Below, piece by piece: positions 18,777 to 27,748 of a stretch of DNA of 33,420 nt. The position numbers and the translations under genes were made by a program. The DNA is from a virus (lineage: Duplodnaviria; Caudoviricetes), in the IMG/VR virus record IMGVR_UViG_3300014775_000389, positions 1 through 33,420 of that record; one strand, 5' to 3'. The notes beneath the pieces are model-generated. The model saw only the letters and a program-made list of their open reading frames with translations. It searched no databases and had not been told where the DNA came from. How positions within the stretch are numbered: the first letter of the stretch is position 1; each line of letters begins with the position of its first letter.

Positions 18777-21584
18777 TTAATATGTAGGTGTGTTATCCTT
18801 ATCATAGGTCGGTATTACACCGTTGTTATTAGATTTTGCTATTTCAATCTTCTCACCTATCTCCTTATACTTTCTCCACGCTTTTTTATATTTTTTCCTG
18901 AGTTTAGGGTTAGTGGTTTTTTTCGTCCATTCATAATAAATTCTTCTCTGTGTAGCAAAGTGAGCGATAATCCGAGTTTGCCTTTCTGGTGTCATAGCAG
19001 GAGGCGTCGCCGCTTTGAAGCCTCCAATTAAAGAGTAACTAATGTCGGCTGAGATATCATCCTCCGAATCCACAGCTTTCTTTTTCTGAGCAATTTGCTG
19101 CCTCGCTTGCTTATTACCTTTAAGATCTGTAGGTGGAGCATTCTTAAATCTTAATCCACCAGGGTTAGGAGTTATCGGTTTAATAATTTCAGGAGTAGAC
19201 TTAGGCGGGTCCTCTTGCTCTGCGACATCAGCAGGAGCTTTCTGCTTAATTGATTCTTTCGTCCCTGTACTTACTTTTTGTTTCTCAGGATTAGTCTTAA
19301 CAAGTTCAAACTCAGAATAAGCTTCTGTAGCATTCATAAAGTGTCTAGACCCGAGTATCTTATAATGCCCGCTTAAGAATGTAGTAGGTTTGCTTATATC
19401 AGGATCGTTATCACTTCTGATTACATTGTTGTACATGCTGAAGAGGTAGCAGTCTTTTTCAAAATAAAACTTCTGATTAAAGAATGGCACAGTCTTAATG
19501 TTGATCTTTACAACTAAGCTTGCCATCTTTTCTTTTAGATCAGCATATGTTTGGGATAGTCTAGGGTTTTCTACATCAGCATCTTCTGTGTATCCAACTT
19601 CGAGTTCAGGCGTTGAGTCGCTAGCTAACTCGTCCATAATTTGTTTATAGCCTACGATCAGACTCACATACTCTTCTAGGCTCTGACCAGACTCAGTTCT
19701 TCCTTTTGCAATTCGATTAGTATTTGATCTCTGCTCTATGCCAGACAGAGCGGTCTCATCTTCTTCGCTTAGACTGTTGATAAACTTGATTAGATTAATT
19801 GATGACTCAGTAGAGTTATCTGTGAATACTCCCTTATCCTCATAATACTTAACAATCTCAGCTATCTTAAAATCATCATTCTTTACAGCTTTTCTTACAA
19901 AAGCATTTACGTAAGGACTCCTCTGTCGAGCTTCCATAGAGAAGTTTAACAAAGCACCCTCAGCAATATCGTTTGAGAAAGAAATACTTTGCACGTTTGA
20001 GTTTTTCACACCATGAAGGAATATGATATCCTTTACTTCCTGTATCTCTTTATACTCTGGGGTGAACGGACCAAAGTCTATCTTCTCTTTGAAGGACGAG
20101 TTCTGGTTTCTCTCTCGCTCTAGAATAGTTCTCTTAAATGCTCCCTGATACCATTCCCAATCAATTGTATCTAATTCTTCGGAAGTGAATAGTTTTTTGT
20201 ATTGACTACTGCTGGGGACAGTCTTACCATTATCCGCTAAGTACAGAAGTTTCTTAATTACGCCAACATCACCAAAAACTATTCTAGGTGTCCCTGGCCC
20301 TCCCCCAGGCAAGCTACGACCACCCTTGATACAAGCTTCGTCTAATAGCTTAATAATCTCAGAGTCATTAAGCTCAAATAAAGTGTAAGTTGCTACCGAC
20401 TTAGAATATTTTTTAAGAGCACCTATAAATCTAAATATTGGGTCGAGAACAGCGGCTGGGCTTTGTTCAGTAGTGTCCGAGTTTATCTCGCATTCCATCT
20501 CTATTACGGAATCCTTTATGTAGAAATCCTCGTCTAACTGCTTTTCATAATCTAATTCAATTTCCTTAATAGCCGCTGAATTGCCCTGGTGTTCTGCATA
20601 TTGATCAAATAACTTACGTCTAAGTATCTTTCTAGATTTCCTAATTCTACTTTGCTGTCTCTCATCAGCAGTGCTTGTTCTAGGAACTCTAAACTGTATT
20701 CCAAATTCTTTTAGCTTCTGAAAGTTTCTAGATATGTCTTTGCTGGTGGACTTCTCAAGTCCCTTGCTAAGGATCTCATCAAAGTCCTCAGTCAGAAAGA
20801 CCATTACTCTATTTTGTAATCTTTGAGTTGAACCTCCATAAACTTTCCCTAAGTATGATTCAAGAAGTCTTCGTATGTAAGGATTCCAAGATATGGCATC
20901 TTGTTGCACGCGCTTTCTAGGAGCGTCAGTCGGACGAATAAGTGGGCCTTTGTTATACACAAAACTATTACGCATGTTTGCAACACCCGTAAACTTCAGC
21001 TTAGTATCCTTAGGAACTGCTGAATTAAGTTTCTCGTCTCCGAACCCTAAGTTGTTATATAACTTCTTTGAATAACTCCTAACAGAATTAAGTTCGCCAC
21101 AGACAAAGCCTATGGTCATAATTTTTACATTGTTCTGTAGGTCAATGTTTGCTGCTCCAAGAGTGCAGACGAAAGGCCCTGCCCAATCGTTCAGGTTGTC
21201 GCCTGTTCCAAAAGCAATATAATACTTATTAAGTTTGTTTAAGCTTTCATCTAGAGGGATTCCTGCCTTGGAAAACAACTCATAGATCATATTGAAATTG
21301 GATTCCAAAGGGCTCTTATCTAATAAGAAAAACTCAATCAACTCCTTGGACTCTATGAACTTAGCATTGATATAGCTTTGAGAGTGAGAAGACTGAGGCA
21401 GGTTGAAGTCCAACTCCATCAAAGTGTCATTAGTCCCAGGAGCACAAATTATAGAATTCTTATCGTTCTTCACATCTTCTAATATAGAAGTGAGACCTTT
21501 TCTTGGACCTCCATTGTTAGGTCCAAAAAAGATACGCTCCATCGTGGTGAAGTCTTTCGTTATAATTACATTAGGAGATATCAT
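18777..21584 (-). CDS. Putative baseplate hub, gp27/gpD-like with insertions (935 aa)
   Basis: Position between the LysM-like gene and the spike. The segment KINIKTVPFF...LSGHYKILGSRHFM...YSEFEL resembles the terminal barrel of hub proteins. Confidence 0.6.
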   Translation of the reverse strand: MISPNVIITKDFTTMERIFFGPNNGGPRKGLTSILEDVKNDKNSIICAPGTNDTLMELDFNLPQSSHSQSYINAKFIESKELIEFFLLDKSPLESNFNMIYELFSKAGIPLDESLNKLNKYYIAFGTGDNLNDWAGPFVCTLGAANIDLQNNVKIMTIGFVCGELNSVRSYSKKLYNNLGFGDEKLNSAVPKDTKLKFTGVANMRNSFVYNKGPLIRPTDAPRKRVQQDAISWNPYIRRLLESYLGKVYGGSTQRLQNRVMVFLTEDFDEILSKGLEKSTSKDISRNFQKLKEFGIQFRVPRTSTADERQQSRIRKSRKILRRKLFDQYAEHQGNSAAIKEIELDYEKQLDEDFYIKDSVIEMECEINSDTTEQSPAAVLDPIFRFIGALKKYSKSVATYTLFELNDSEIIKLLDEACIKGGRSLPGGGPGTPRIVFGDVGVIKKLLYLADNGKTVPSSSQYKKLFTSEELDTIDWEWYQGAFKRTILERERNQNSSFKEKIDFGPFTPEYKEIQEVKDIIFLHGVKNSNVQSISFSNDIAEGALLNFSMEARQRSPYVNAFVRKAVKNDDFKIAEIVKYYEDKGVFTDNSTESSINLIKFINSLSEEDETALSGIEQRSNTNRIAKGRTESGQSLEEYVSLIVGYKQIMDELASDSTPELEVGYTEDADVENPRLSQTYADLKEKMASLVVKINIKTVPFFNQKFYFEKDCYLFSMYNNVIRSDNDPDISKPTTFLSGHYKILGSRHFMNATEAYSEFELVKTNPEKQKVSTGTKESIKQKAPADVAEQEDPPKSTPEIIKPITPNPGGLRFKNAPPTDLKGNKQARQQIAQKKKAVDSEDDISADISYSLIGGFKAATPPAMTPERQTRIIAHFATQRRIYYEWTKKTTNPKLRKKYKKAWRKYKEIGEKIEIAKSNNNGVIPTYDKDNTPTY

Positions 21585-21871
21585 AAGTTAACAATCTTTA
21601 TTCTATCTCCAACATTCAATTGCTGGAATGGGTCGCTAACATTATTAGACCAGCAGATCATCCAATCAAGATAAGGAGTGCCATAGAACAGATTAGAAAT
21701 CTTATCCGCTCTGTGCTCATACCCTGCTGGTATAGTTCCTATAGTAAAGCTCCTCTCATCAATATCTTTTACGAAGTCCTCAAACTCAGCAGAGTGTAAG
21801 TTTGTGAATACTTCCTTTCCTTTATGAAGGACCGAGTAACTTCCAATATTTAAATGGTTTTTATATGCCAT
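21581..21871 (-). CDS. LysM-like baseplate wedge protein (gp53/gpX-like, 96 aa)
   Basis: HRADKISNLFYGTPYLDWMICWSNNVSDPF-x(2)-L-x-VG-x(2)-IKI signature. Confidence 0.85.
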   Translation of the reverse strand: MAYKNHLNIGSYSVLHKGKEVFTNLHSAEFEDFVKDIDERSFTIGTIPAGYEHRADKISNLFYGTPYLDWMICWSNNVSDPFQQLNVGDRIKIVNL

Positions 21872-21873
21872 GA

Positions 21874-22830
21874 TTATCCAAATCTTGTCCCGTCTGGGTC
21901 AGGAGTGATAGGTCTTATAATTCCGTTCGGATCTCCATAATCTTCAAAATTATAGTTCATTGCATCTAACACATTTCCGTCTACAATGGATTCCCATCCA
22001 GTCAAGTTATCACCTTTAACTAAATCACCTTTAACATAGTCTCCAAAGTCTCCAGTTCTTGACTCCACCATGGTCATGTTCACCTTTATGGTGTAAGGAA
22101 ACAAAGTCTCTACGTCATAGTTTGAAACTGCATCAACCGAGATACTGTAATCCATTACCAAACAAGGGGAGTTCATATACATGGGTCCGTGGTTCAGCCT
22201 AACAATAGGAGGCCCATAGACAGTATTGGTTGAATTATTTAATGTGCTAGATCTAATTAAGTTAATCCAATACATTGCAAGGTCCACAGATTTCGGAATT
22301 TCTTTTGAATTACCGAACAAGCTCGTTTCTCTCGACCCATACCTCTCGGCTGTCCCTATCTTACTTCTTATTTCTCTTTGAGCAGCGTCTCCAAGCAAAT
22401 CAAAAAACTGCTGTGTAAGCCTAGCCCCATACTTCTCAGCAGCAACAGGATTTGCACCATTAGGATCTGTAAACCTACGAAGCTCAGTGCTTCTATCAGT
22501 ATTTTTTATTGTCCTGGTTAGCCTGTCGGTAAAGCCTTCAGTTTCTTGCAAGTGCATTAAGTGTAAGAAGTTTATTTCAAAGCTTAAATCAAACTTGCGA
22601 GAGTTTGAACCACCATAAGAGAAGAGTTGCCCTGCGCGGCCAAGGAGATTATAGCTTGCTAAGTTTGCTTCACCCGATTCTTTAATGGTTACATTGCTCA
22701 TGAACGGCATGTGCGCTCTTGTCACTTCACCGTTAGAACCATGAAACTCATAAAGCAGGAAAGACCTTTCGTGGAGCTTTCTGCCGTATATGGCCGTGTT
22801 ATTACCGTCTGTGTATATTGCGTCACTCAC
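21874..22830 (-). CDS. Putative tail tube initiator / baseplate tube-like protein (318 aa, GTG start)
   Basis: ASYNLLGRAGQLFSYGGS-x-SRKFDLSF and GPPIVRLNHG...PCLVMDYSI...IKVNMTM pattern; directly after the tape measure gene. Confidence 0.65.
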   Translation of the reverse strand: MSDAIYTDGNNTAIYGRKLHERSFLLYEFHGSNGEVTRAHMPFMSNVTIKESGEANLASYNLLGRAGQLFSYGGSNSRKFDLSFEINFLHLMHLQETEGFTDRLTRTIKNTDRSTELRRFTDPNGANPVAAEKYGARLTQQFFDLLGDAAQREIRSKIGTAERYGSRETSLFGNSKEIPKSVDLAMYWINLIRSSTLNNSTNTVYGPPIVRLNHGPMYMNSPCLVMDYSISVDAVSNYDVETLFPYTIKVNMTMVESRTGDFGDYVKGDLVKGDNLTGWESIVDGNVLDAMNYNFEDYGDPNGIIRPITPDPDGTRFG

Positions 22831-24932
22831 GAGTTAAGATCCTTTGATTTTCTACCTGCTTCTCTTTGTGCATTTTCTGAGCGGCTCAGCTTTAGCTCAT
22901 TCACAACTTCAGTTAATTTTGCTACCTGTTCAGCACTAGCAGTTCTCATGTAGTCTGCCTGCTGACTTGTAACTCTACTAACAATGGACATGAGGGCAGT
23001 GTCGGATTTAGCCATTCTAGCTCTCTCGGCTTCCTTTGCCATTCTAAGTTCTCTTTCTTGGCGTTCGACAGCTTCCTTTGTCTTCTTTTCCATCTCGGCT
23101 TTGTCGCCATCCCAATCAAGCCACTCACTTATTCCTCCATAGAGTAGACCTATGCCTCCACCAACAGCAGCCCCGACAGGTCCGAGGATAGCTCCATATG
23201 CCGCTCCCTGTAACCCTGCTGCCGCTACATCACCAAGCATGTCTCCTGTGCTTCCTTGTTCGGCTCCTAAAGCCTCAGTGAGCATACCTACTCCTTCTGC
23301 CGCTACAGACCCAGCAATAGCCATCGGAGTCGCTCCCTTAGCAGCAAATCCGAGCATCTGGCCCATACCCGCGATGTTCATTCCAGTAGAAACACCCCCA
23401 GCCAACTTTCCTGTAGTCCCTTCGCCAAGGAACTTATCTGCTAAGTGATCAACTCCCAAACCTCCCGCGAGCATCATAGCAGCACTACCAATCCCAGGTT
23501 TCCCTCCTCCTCCTTTGAACAAAGATGTTAAACCACCTTTCATGTTAGAGAAGCCACTTTTGAATTCTGTCTTCAATCCTTTTAAACTATCAGTTATTTT
23601 ACCAAAGCCCTTCTTGTTCACTGCGGTTTGAGCTTTAACTGTGTTATTATTTTTAATGAGAACCCCTGTGGCAGGATCTCTCTTTCCTCCTGTTGGCTTA
23701 GGTGATTTCTTTTCGTCATCCATGCCTTCCTTAATCTGATCTAAAAGACCTCCCCCACCTTCACCTCCACCATTACCTTTACCTATTACCATGGATAAAG
23801 CGTTGATAGCTTGAACTGTCTGTATGGCAGGAGCATAAAGTGCAACAGTTGCAGCAAGAGCCGCAGGTGCTGTCTTTTGATAGAATTGATCTGCTATTTC
23901 TTTTTGATTAGTTAATGTGTCAAGTTGCTCGTCCTGAGTAGCTTGCAAGTTCTTAGCATCATCAGGACCAGCAGCGAGCGTTCTACTAATATTGACAAGC
24001 TCCATGGCTTGGTCTTGAGTAACTCTAAACTGTTTCTGTACAAGCTCTGCTGCGACCGCGTAATCATCAACACCCGCTATTACGGATTGAATTTGCTGAC
24101 CGACAGATTGCATTGTTGCCTCTATTTGTTGAGACGTAGCTTCTCCTCTAGCAAACTGCTTAGCAAAATCAGAAATGCCAAACATCTCCCTAGTGCCGAT
24201 CTTGTCTAAGCTTGGCTCCAGAAGAGAGAAAAAGCTTCCCATTGAATCTTCGTTAAGTCCCTGGAATTTACCAAGAACATCTGCCATCTGCGTGCTGATA
24301 TTAGCAGCGACATCTGGGCCAAACATGGAGAACTTATTTATGTTTCCTTGTAACTTACTAAGGCTATCAATTAACTTCCCAGTTGACACAGTGTAAGTGT
24401 CAGAAGAGTCTAACACTGCGTCATTGACCTTACTAAGAGCACCATAATTCCTACCCGTTACCCCTAACAGGTTTCTGTTCATACTGATCATGCCGTCAGT
24501 ACTTTGACCAGTTCTAATTAACTGCTCTGTAAGTGCAAGGGTGCCACCCGAAGTCTTTCTCACACCCCCTTCAAAGTTTGTAATGAATGCTTCAGCAGCA
24601 CGAAGATACCCTATGTTGCTCTCGTTAATTGCAGTAGAGTTTGCATCAATAACTTTCTGAAGTGTAACATTAGAAGCTAAAGCTTTTGTATTGATCTTGT
24701 CTGCTCTTTGGACTGACTCACTAAGTTTACTTGAGACTTTATTAGTCTGCATTAAACTCGTAGCGAGGTCTCTTATACCTTGGACGTTATCACGAGCAGT
24801 TCTATTAACTAACTTCTGAGTTTCAGTTAGATTTTTATTAGATCCAATAAGGTCCTCGTAAGTATCGTTACCGTTTGCCATTGTTTGCTCTAGAAGAGCT
24901 ATTCTGGCCGCTAGTTCTCGATTATCAACCAT
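22827..24932 (-). CDS. Putative tail tape measure protein (701 aa)
   Basis: Ala/Gln-rich helical body, Gly/Ala-rich hydrophobic segments (GAAYGAILGPVGAAVGGGIGLLYG) and a terminal coiled coil; lies upstream of the tube-initiator, LysM, hub and spike genes. Confidence 0.75.
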   Translation of the reverse strand: MVDNRELAARIALLEQTMANGNDTYEDLIGSNKNLTETQKLVNRTARDNVQGIRDLATSLMQTNKVSSKLSESVQRADKINTKALASNVTLQKVIDANSTAINESNIGYLRAAEAFITNFEGGVRKTSGGTLALTEQLIRTGQSTDGMISMNRNLLGVTGRNYGALSKVNDAVLDSSDTYTVSTGKLIDSLSKLQGNINKFSMFGPDVAANISTQMADVLGKFQGLNEDSMGSFFSLLEPSLDKIGTREMFGISDFAKQFARGEATSQQIEATMQSVGQQIQSVIAGVDDYAVAAELVQKQFRVTQDQAMELVNISRTLAAGPDDAKNLQATQDEQLDTLTNQKEIADQFYQKTAPAALAATVALYAPAIQTVQAINALSMVIGKGNGGGEGGGGLLDQIKEGMDDEKKSPKPTGGKRDPATGVLIKNNNTVKAQTAVNKKGFGKITDSLKGLKTEFKSGFSNMKGGLTSLFKGGGGKPGIGSAAMMLAGGLGVDHLADKFLGEGTTGKLAGGVSTGMNIAGMGQMLGFAAKGATPMAIAGSVAAEGVGMLTEALGAEQGSTGDMLGDVAAAGLQGAAYGAILGPVGAAVGGGIGLLYGGISEWLDWDGDKAEMEKKTKEAVERQERELRMAKEAERARMAKSDTALMSIVSRVTSQQADYMRTASAEQVAKLTEVVNELKLSRSENAQREAGRKSKDLNS

Positions 24933-24934
24933 GA

Positions 24935-25513
24935 TTACTGTGCAAGTTCAGGATCTAACAATGATATGGAGAACACATCGTAGGACTTCTCTATTCTGAA
25001 TGTCTTGAACTCTCCCTCGTTTAAAGCCTTAACTAAACCAAGACGTTTCTCTCTCCCTAAAAGTCTCCTGGCTAGAGTTGATTCTTTAAACTGTTCAGAC
25101 AACTCAGTCTCCTCTCTTCCTACGTTTTTTAGATACCCATAGTTTATCTTCTTATCCGCTTCACTGCTCCTTTTTCTGAGAGACAGATACCTAGATAAGG
25201 TTCTATTCTTGTATAAGGTATTTATCACAAATTGAAAAACATCATCACTTAACCCTGGGACAATCAATACCTGTAGGATAGTGTTTCCTTCTTTTGTAAC
25301 CCGATACCCTCTACCTCCAGATCTCCTTGTTGCAACAACTAGACCTTGATAATTCTTTTGCTGAGTGTCTCTCCAGTATCCAAATTGCACTAGATCTCCA
25401 GGTCTAAGAACATAAAAGGGAACTTCAGATGCCCTTAGAATTCTACCCTGGGGGTCTAACTCTTGAATCCTCTCTCTAAAATCTTGTTCAATTCCTCTGT
25501 ATGGAAGTCCCAT
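24935..25513 (-). CDS. Hypothetical basic protein (192 aa), first gene of the tail operon
   Basis: ORF with an SH3-like LRPGDLVQFGY start; Arg/Lys-rich; coupled to the tape measure gene (2-nt gap). Confidence 0.7.
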   Translation of the reverse strand: MGLPYRGIEQDFRERIQELDPQGRILRASEVPFYVLRPGDLVQFGYWRDTQQKNYQGLVVATRRSGGRGYRVTKEGNTILQVLIVPGLSDDVFQFVINTLYKNRTLSRYLSLRKRSSEADKKINYGYLKNVGREETELSEQFKESTLARRLLGREKRLGLVKALNEGEFKTFRIEKSYDVFSISLLDPELAQ

Positions 25514-25575
25514 TGTAATATGTTTGAATATTTCTCATAATTATATACAGGTTTACGGTCTTACCATCTATCATG

Positions 25576-25583
25576 TATAAATA
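25576..25583 (+). promoter_or_regulatory. TATAAATA, exact T4 late promoter consensus
   Basis: Lies 6 nt before the ATG at 25590 in the divergent intergenic gap. The region is very AT-rich, so a chance match is possible. Confidence 0.4.
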
Positions 25584-25589
25584 ATAATT

Positions 25590-25889
25590 ATGAGTAATTT
25601 AGAACAAGATTTAATAGAAACAATTGATCTACTTAATTTTACATTTTCTAGTGATTTTGTAGATAAATGGTCACATAAGTATGGTAAAAGATTACCATCT
25701 TTATTTCAAATAAGATTACTAAAATCTTTAGATAGTAGAAAACCTTTAAAAATAGAAACAGTAAATAAGTTTCTAACTGTAGACTCAGGATTTAATGAAG
25801 AAGTTGTAGAAAGTTTTCTAGAAGATATTGACTACGACATCTACAAACCTATAATATCAGGAAAACTTAAAAAGGAACAATATGACTAA
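25590..25889 (+). CDS. Hypothetical protein (99 aa), very AT-rich gene
   Basis: 99 codons stay open despite about 23% GC over its first 200 nt; fills the gap between divergent units. Confidence 0.75.
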   Translation: MSNLEQDLIETIDLLNFTFSSDFVDKWSHKYGKRLPSLFQIRLLKSLDSRKPLKIETVNKFLTVDSGFNEEVVESFLEDIDYDIYKPIISGKLKKEQYD

Positions 25890-26031
25890 CCGAAATGATA
25901 TTTCTAGAGCTATCGGAGAATCCAATTTTTACACTCGCAACCGAGGAGGCAACTTCCCCATTCAACCCTTTCAGCTTCTCCTGGCTGTAATTCTATTTTT
26001 TATCTGGGCTGCTCTTGAGGGACATCTTTAA
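25882..26031 (+). CDS. Putative small single-pass membrane protein (49 aa; below the ORF-track cutoff)
   Basis: AAGGA lies 6 nt before the ATG at 25882. Translation is MTNRNDISRAIGESNFYTRNRGGNFPIQPFQLLLAVILFFIWAALEGHL, ending at TAA 26029-26031. Confidence 0.55.
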   Translation: MTNRNDISRAIGESNFYTRNRGGNFPIQPFQLLLAVILFFIWAALEGHL

Positions 26032-26793
26032 TTCCTTCTGCTCCTCCAACCTTTTGCAGACCACTTCTTCCGACTGGAACTTAGGACAAGCCTCCTTGTA
26101 TTCACACCAGTCGCAGAAGATGTTCTCCTGAGCCCAGAACTCATCCTTCTTCTTCTTGCGGATGCGCCAGACTTTTTCAGTCTGTGTCTTCTTCCATCGT
26201 TCAATCTGAAACCTGTTGAACTTCACCGCAACGAAATTACCAGTGACAGGATAGTAGTGAGCACAGTAGATCTTCTCGTAAGGGACATCGTAGAGCATGT
26301 GGATTGCCCAGGCATAACCCTTTAGTTGGTTGTCGTCCATGAGCGTCTTCTTGCGCTTCTCCTTCTTAGATGTCTTGTAGTCGATAACAAGATAGCCGCC
26401 ATCAGTTCCTTTGATCACACGGTCAATCACGCCCACAAAGCTGATATCGTTCTTCTCATCTAAGGGGATGCTAACGGATTGTTCTGTAGAAACCGTCTCA
26501 CCCATCTTCTGATTCCAGATCAAGAAGTTCTCTAGACAGGTCTTCATCCTGTCATTCTCACGGAACGGAACCTTGTAGGCTTCTCTTTCTTGTTCTGCAA
26601 TCTTCAGCAGAGATTTAAGGTCTTTCTCCTTATACCCAAGCTCAAATATCTTGTGAATGAATGACCCGAAATTCAAAGCGTCTTCATTCTTAGCACCAAA
26701 TCCTGGTAGCTTGTCTATATATCTCAGCTTGTATTTCCATAGGCACTGGTCTATGATGTCACTGCGAGAGGCACTAATATTATTTATAAACAT
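25993..26793 (-). CDS. PD-(D/E)XK nuclease, RecB/AddB/Cas4-like with Fe-S cysteines (266 aa)
   Basis: SAS...QC, G-x(2)-IH, GVIDRV, VIDYKT, QL-x(2)-YA and CDWCEYKEAC motifs. Confidence 0.9.
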   Translation of the reverse strand: MFINNISASRSDIIDQCLWKYKLRYIDKLPGFGAKNEDALNFGSFIHKIFELGYKEKDLKSLLKIAEQEREAYKVPFRENDRMKTCLENFLIWNQKMGETVSTEQSVSIPLDEKNDISFVGVIDRVIKGTDGGYLVIDYKTSKKEKRKKTLMDDNQLKGYAWAIHMLYDVPYEKIYCAHYYPVTGNFVAVKFNRFQIERWKKTQTEKVWRIRKKKKDEFWAQENIFCDWCEYKEACPKFQSEEVVCKRLEEQKELKMSLKSSPDKK

Positions 26794-27748
26794 GGCTGAT
26801 AGTTCCTACATTAGAAAATACTGTTTGAGCAAGTTCCAGTCTAATTATAGACTTGCCAGTGATGATGTGGAATTAGTAGTTCCTTCATTATTCATAGACA
26901 ATGACTACAAGCGTCACATGTCCATCAACCTTGAGACCGGACTGTGGAGATGCTTTAAGAGTGGTGAGACAGGAAACTTTGTAAAGCTGTATGCTCTAGT
27001 CGAGAAGTGCTCTTTTAGAGAGGCTTACGAGAAGTTTGTATTTGAAGACTTTCTGTCTGGAGATCAGCTTGGTTACCGTAGGTCCGTTGAACCTATTGAT
27101 CCTCACAAGATCAAATCTAGTCTTGAAGAGGCTGATAACTTTGAAGAGATTGAGAGTCACCCGCTGACGGACAGCCGTATGCTTAACGGATTCCGGTTCA
27201 TGCTTGCTAAGGATGGGAAGTATAAGGGTCGTCTTATTATTCCGTTCATCAACTCTCGCAACAAACTGTTCTACTTCCAAGGTAGAGCCTTGAATGGGGA
27301 GCGTCCTAAGTATCTCAACTGCAAAGATCTGAAAAGCTCACAGGTCCTATACCCGTTCAATTACGACTCTCAGGAGCCTCTGTACATCACTGAGGGCGTC
27401 TTTGATTGCCTTAGCCTACAGGCGGTAGGGTTGAATGCAACGACGACTCTAAGCTGCTTTACGAGCCGTGAGCAGATGCTACAACTCAGCCAGTATCAAG
27501 GTTCTCTGGTTTGTGCGTTTGATAGTGACGACGCAGGTATGCAAGGACGCTACAAGTTTCTAAGGTTGGCTCATTGGGCTCGGAGAGAAGACATCAAGAC
27601 TGTCATCCCTCCTGCGGGATCCAAAGATTGGAATGAGATCCTTATCAATGACGGACCTGACCGATTGCTTGAGGTCACCTCTAAGATAGTAAAGATGACC
27701 CCACTTTCTCTGGAATGGTTATCGTATGATAAAGGCCATTTCGTTTGA
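26792..27748 (+). CDS. DnaG-type TOPRIM DNA primase (318 aa, start revised to MADSSY)
   Basis: GRLIIPF...FQGRAL...PKYLN, ITEGVFD, FDSDDAG and KDWNE motifs; degenerate N-terminal zinc-binding region with WRCFKSG. Confidence 0.9.
   Translation: MADSSYIRKYCLSKFQSNYRLASDDVELVVPSLFIDNDYKRHMSINLETGLWRCFKSGETGNFVKLYALVEKCSFREAYEKFVFEDFLSGDQLGYRRSVEPIDPHKIKSSLEEADNFEEIESHPLTDSRMLNGFRFMLAKDGKYKGRLIIPFINSRNKLFYFQGRALNGERPKYLNCKDLKSSQVLYPFNYDSQEPLYITEGVFDCLSLQAVGLNATTTLSCFTSREQMLQLSQYQGSLVCAFDSDDAGMQGRYKFLRLAHWARREDIKTVIPPAGSKDWNEILINDGPDRLLEVTSKIVKMTPLSLEWLSYDKGHFV

Noticed and set aside
7359-24932. Bacterial extracellular contractile injection system or T6SS
   Set aside because: Interleaved primase, helicase and nuclease, T4-like gp6/gp26 and the absence of host genes favour a phage.
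24935-25513. T4 gp2 DNA end-protector assignment
   Set aside because: Only a vague PG...F.Y resemblance; insufficient without a profile search.
25488-25538. Short out-of-frame upstream ORF (MRNIQTYYNGTSIQRN) overlapping the start of the 192-aa gene
   Set aside because: Only 16 codons in AT-rich DNA, with no supporting signal.
26781-26788. TATAAATA on the minus strand
   Set aside because: Lies downstream of the nuclease start codon, so it cannot drive the full gene; probably a by-product of the AT-rich overlap.
26657-26791. 45-aa N-terminal extension of the primase in the ORF track
   Set aside because: Antisense to conserved nuclease motifs and not primase-like; the ATG at 26792 is preferred.
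25993-26793. Cas4 as part of a CRISPR-Cas system
   Set aside because: No repeat-spacer array or other cas genes; solo Fe-S PD-(D/E)XK nucleases are common in phages.
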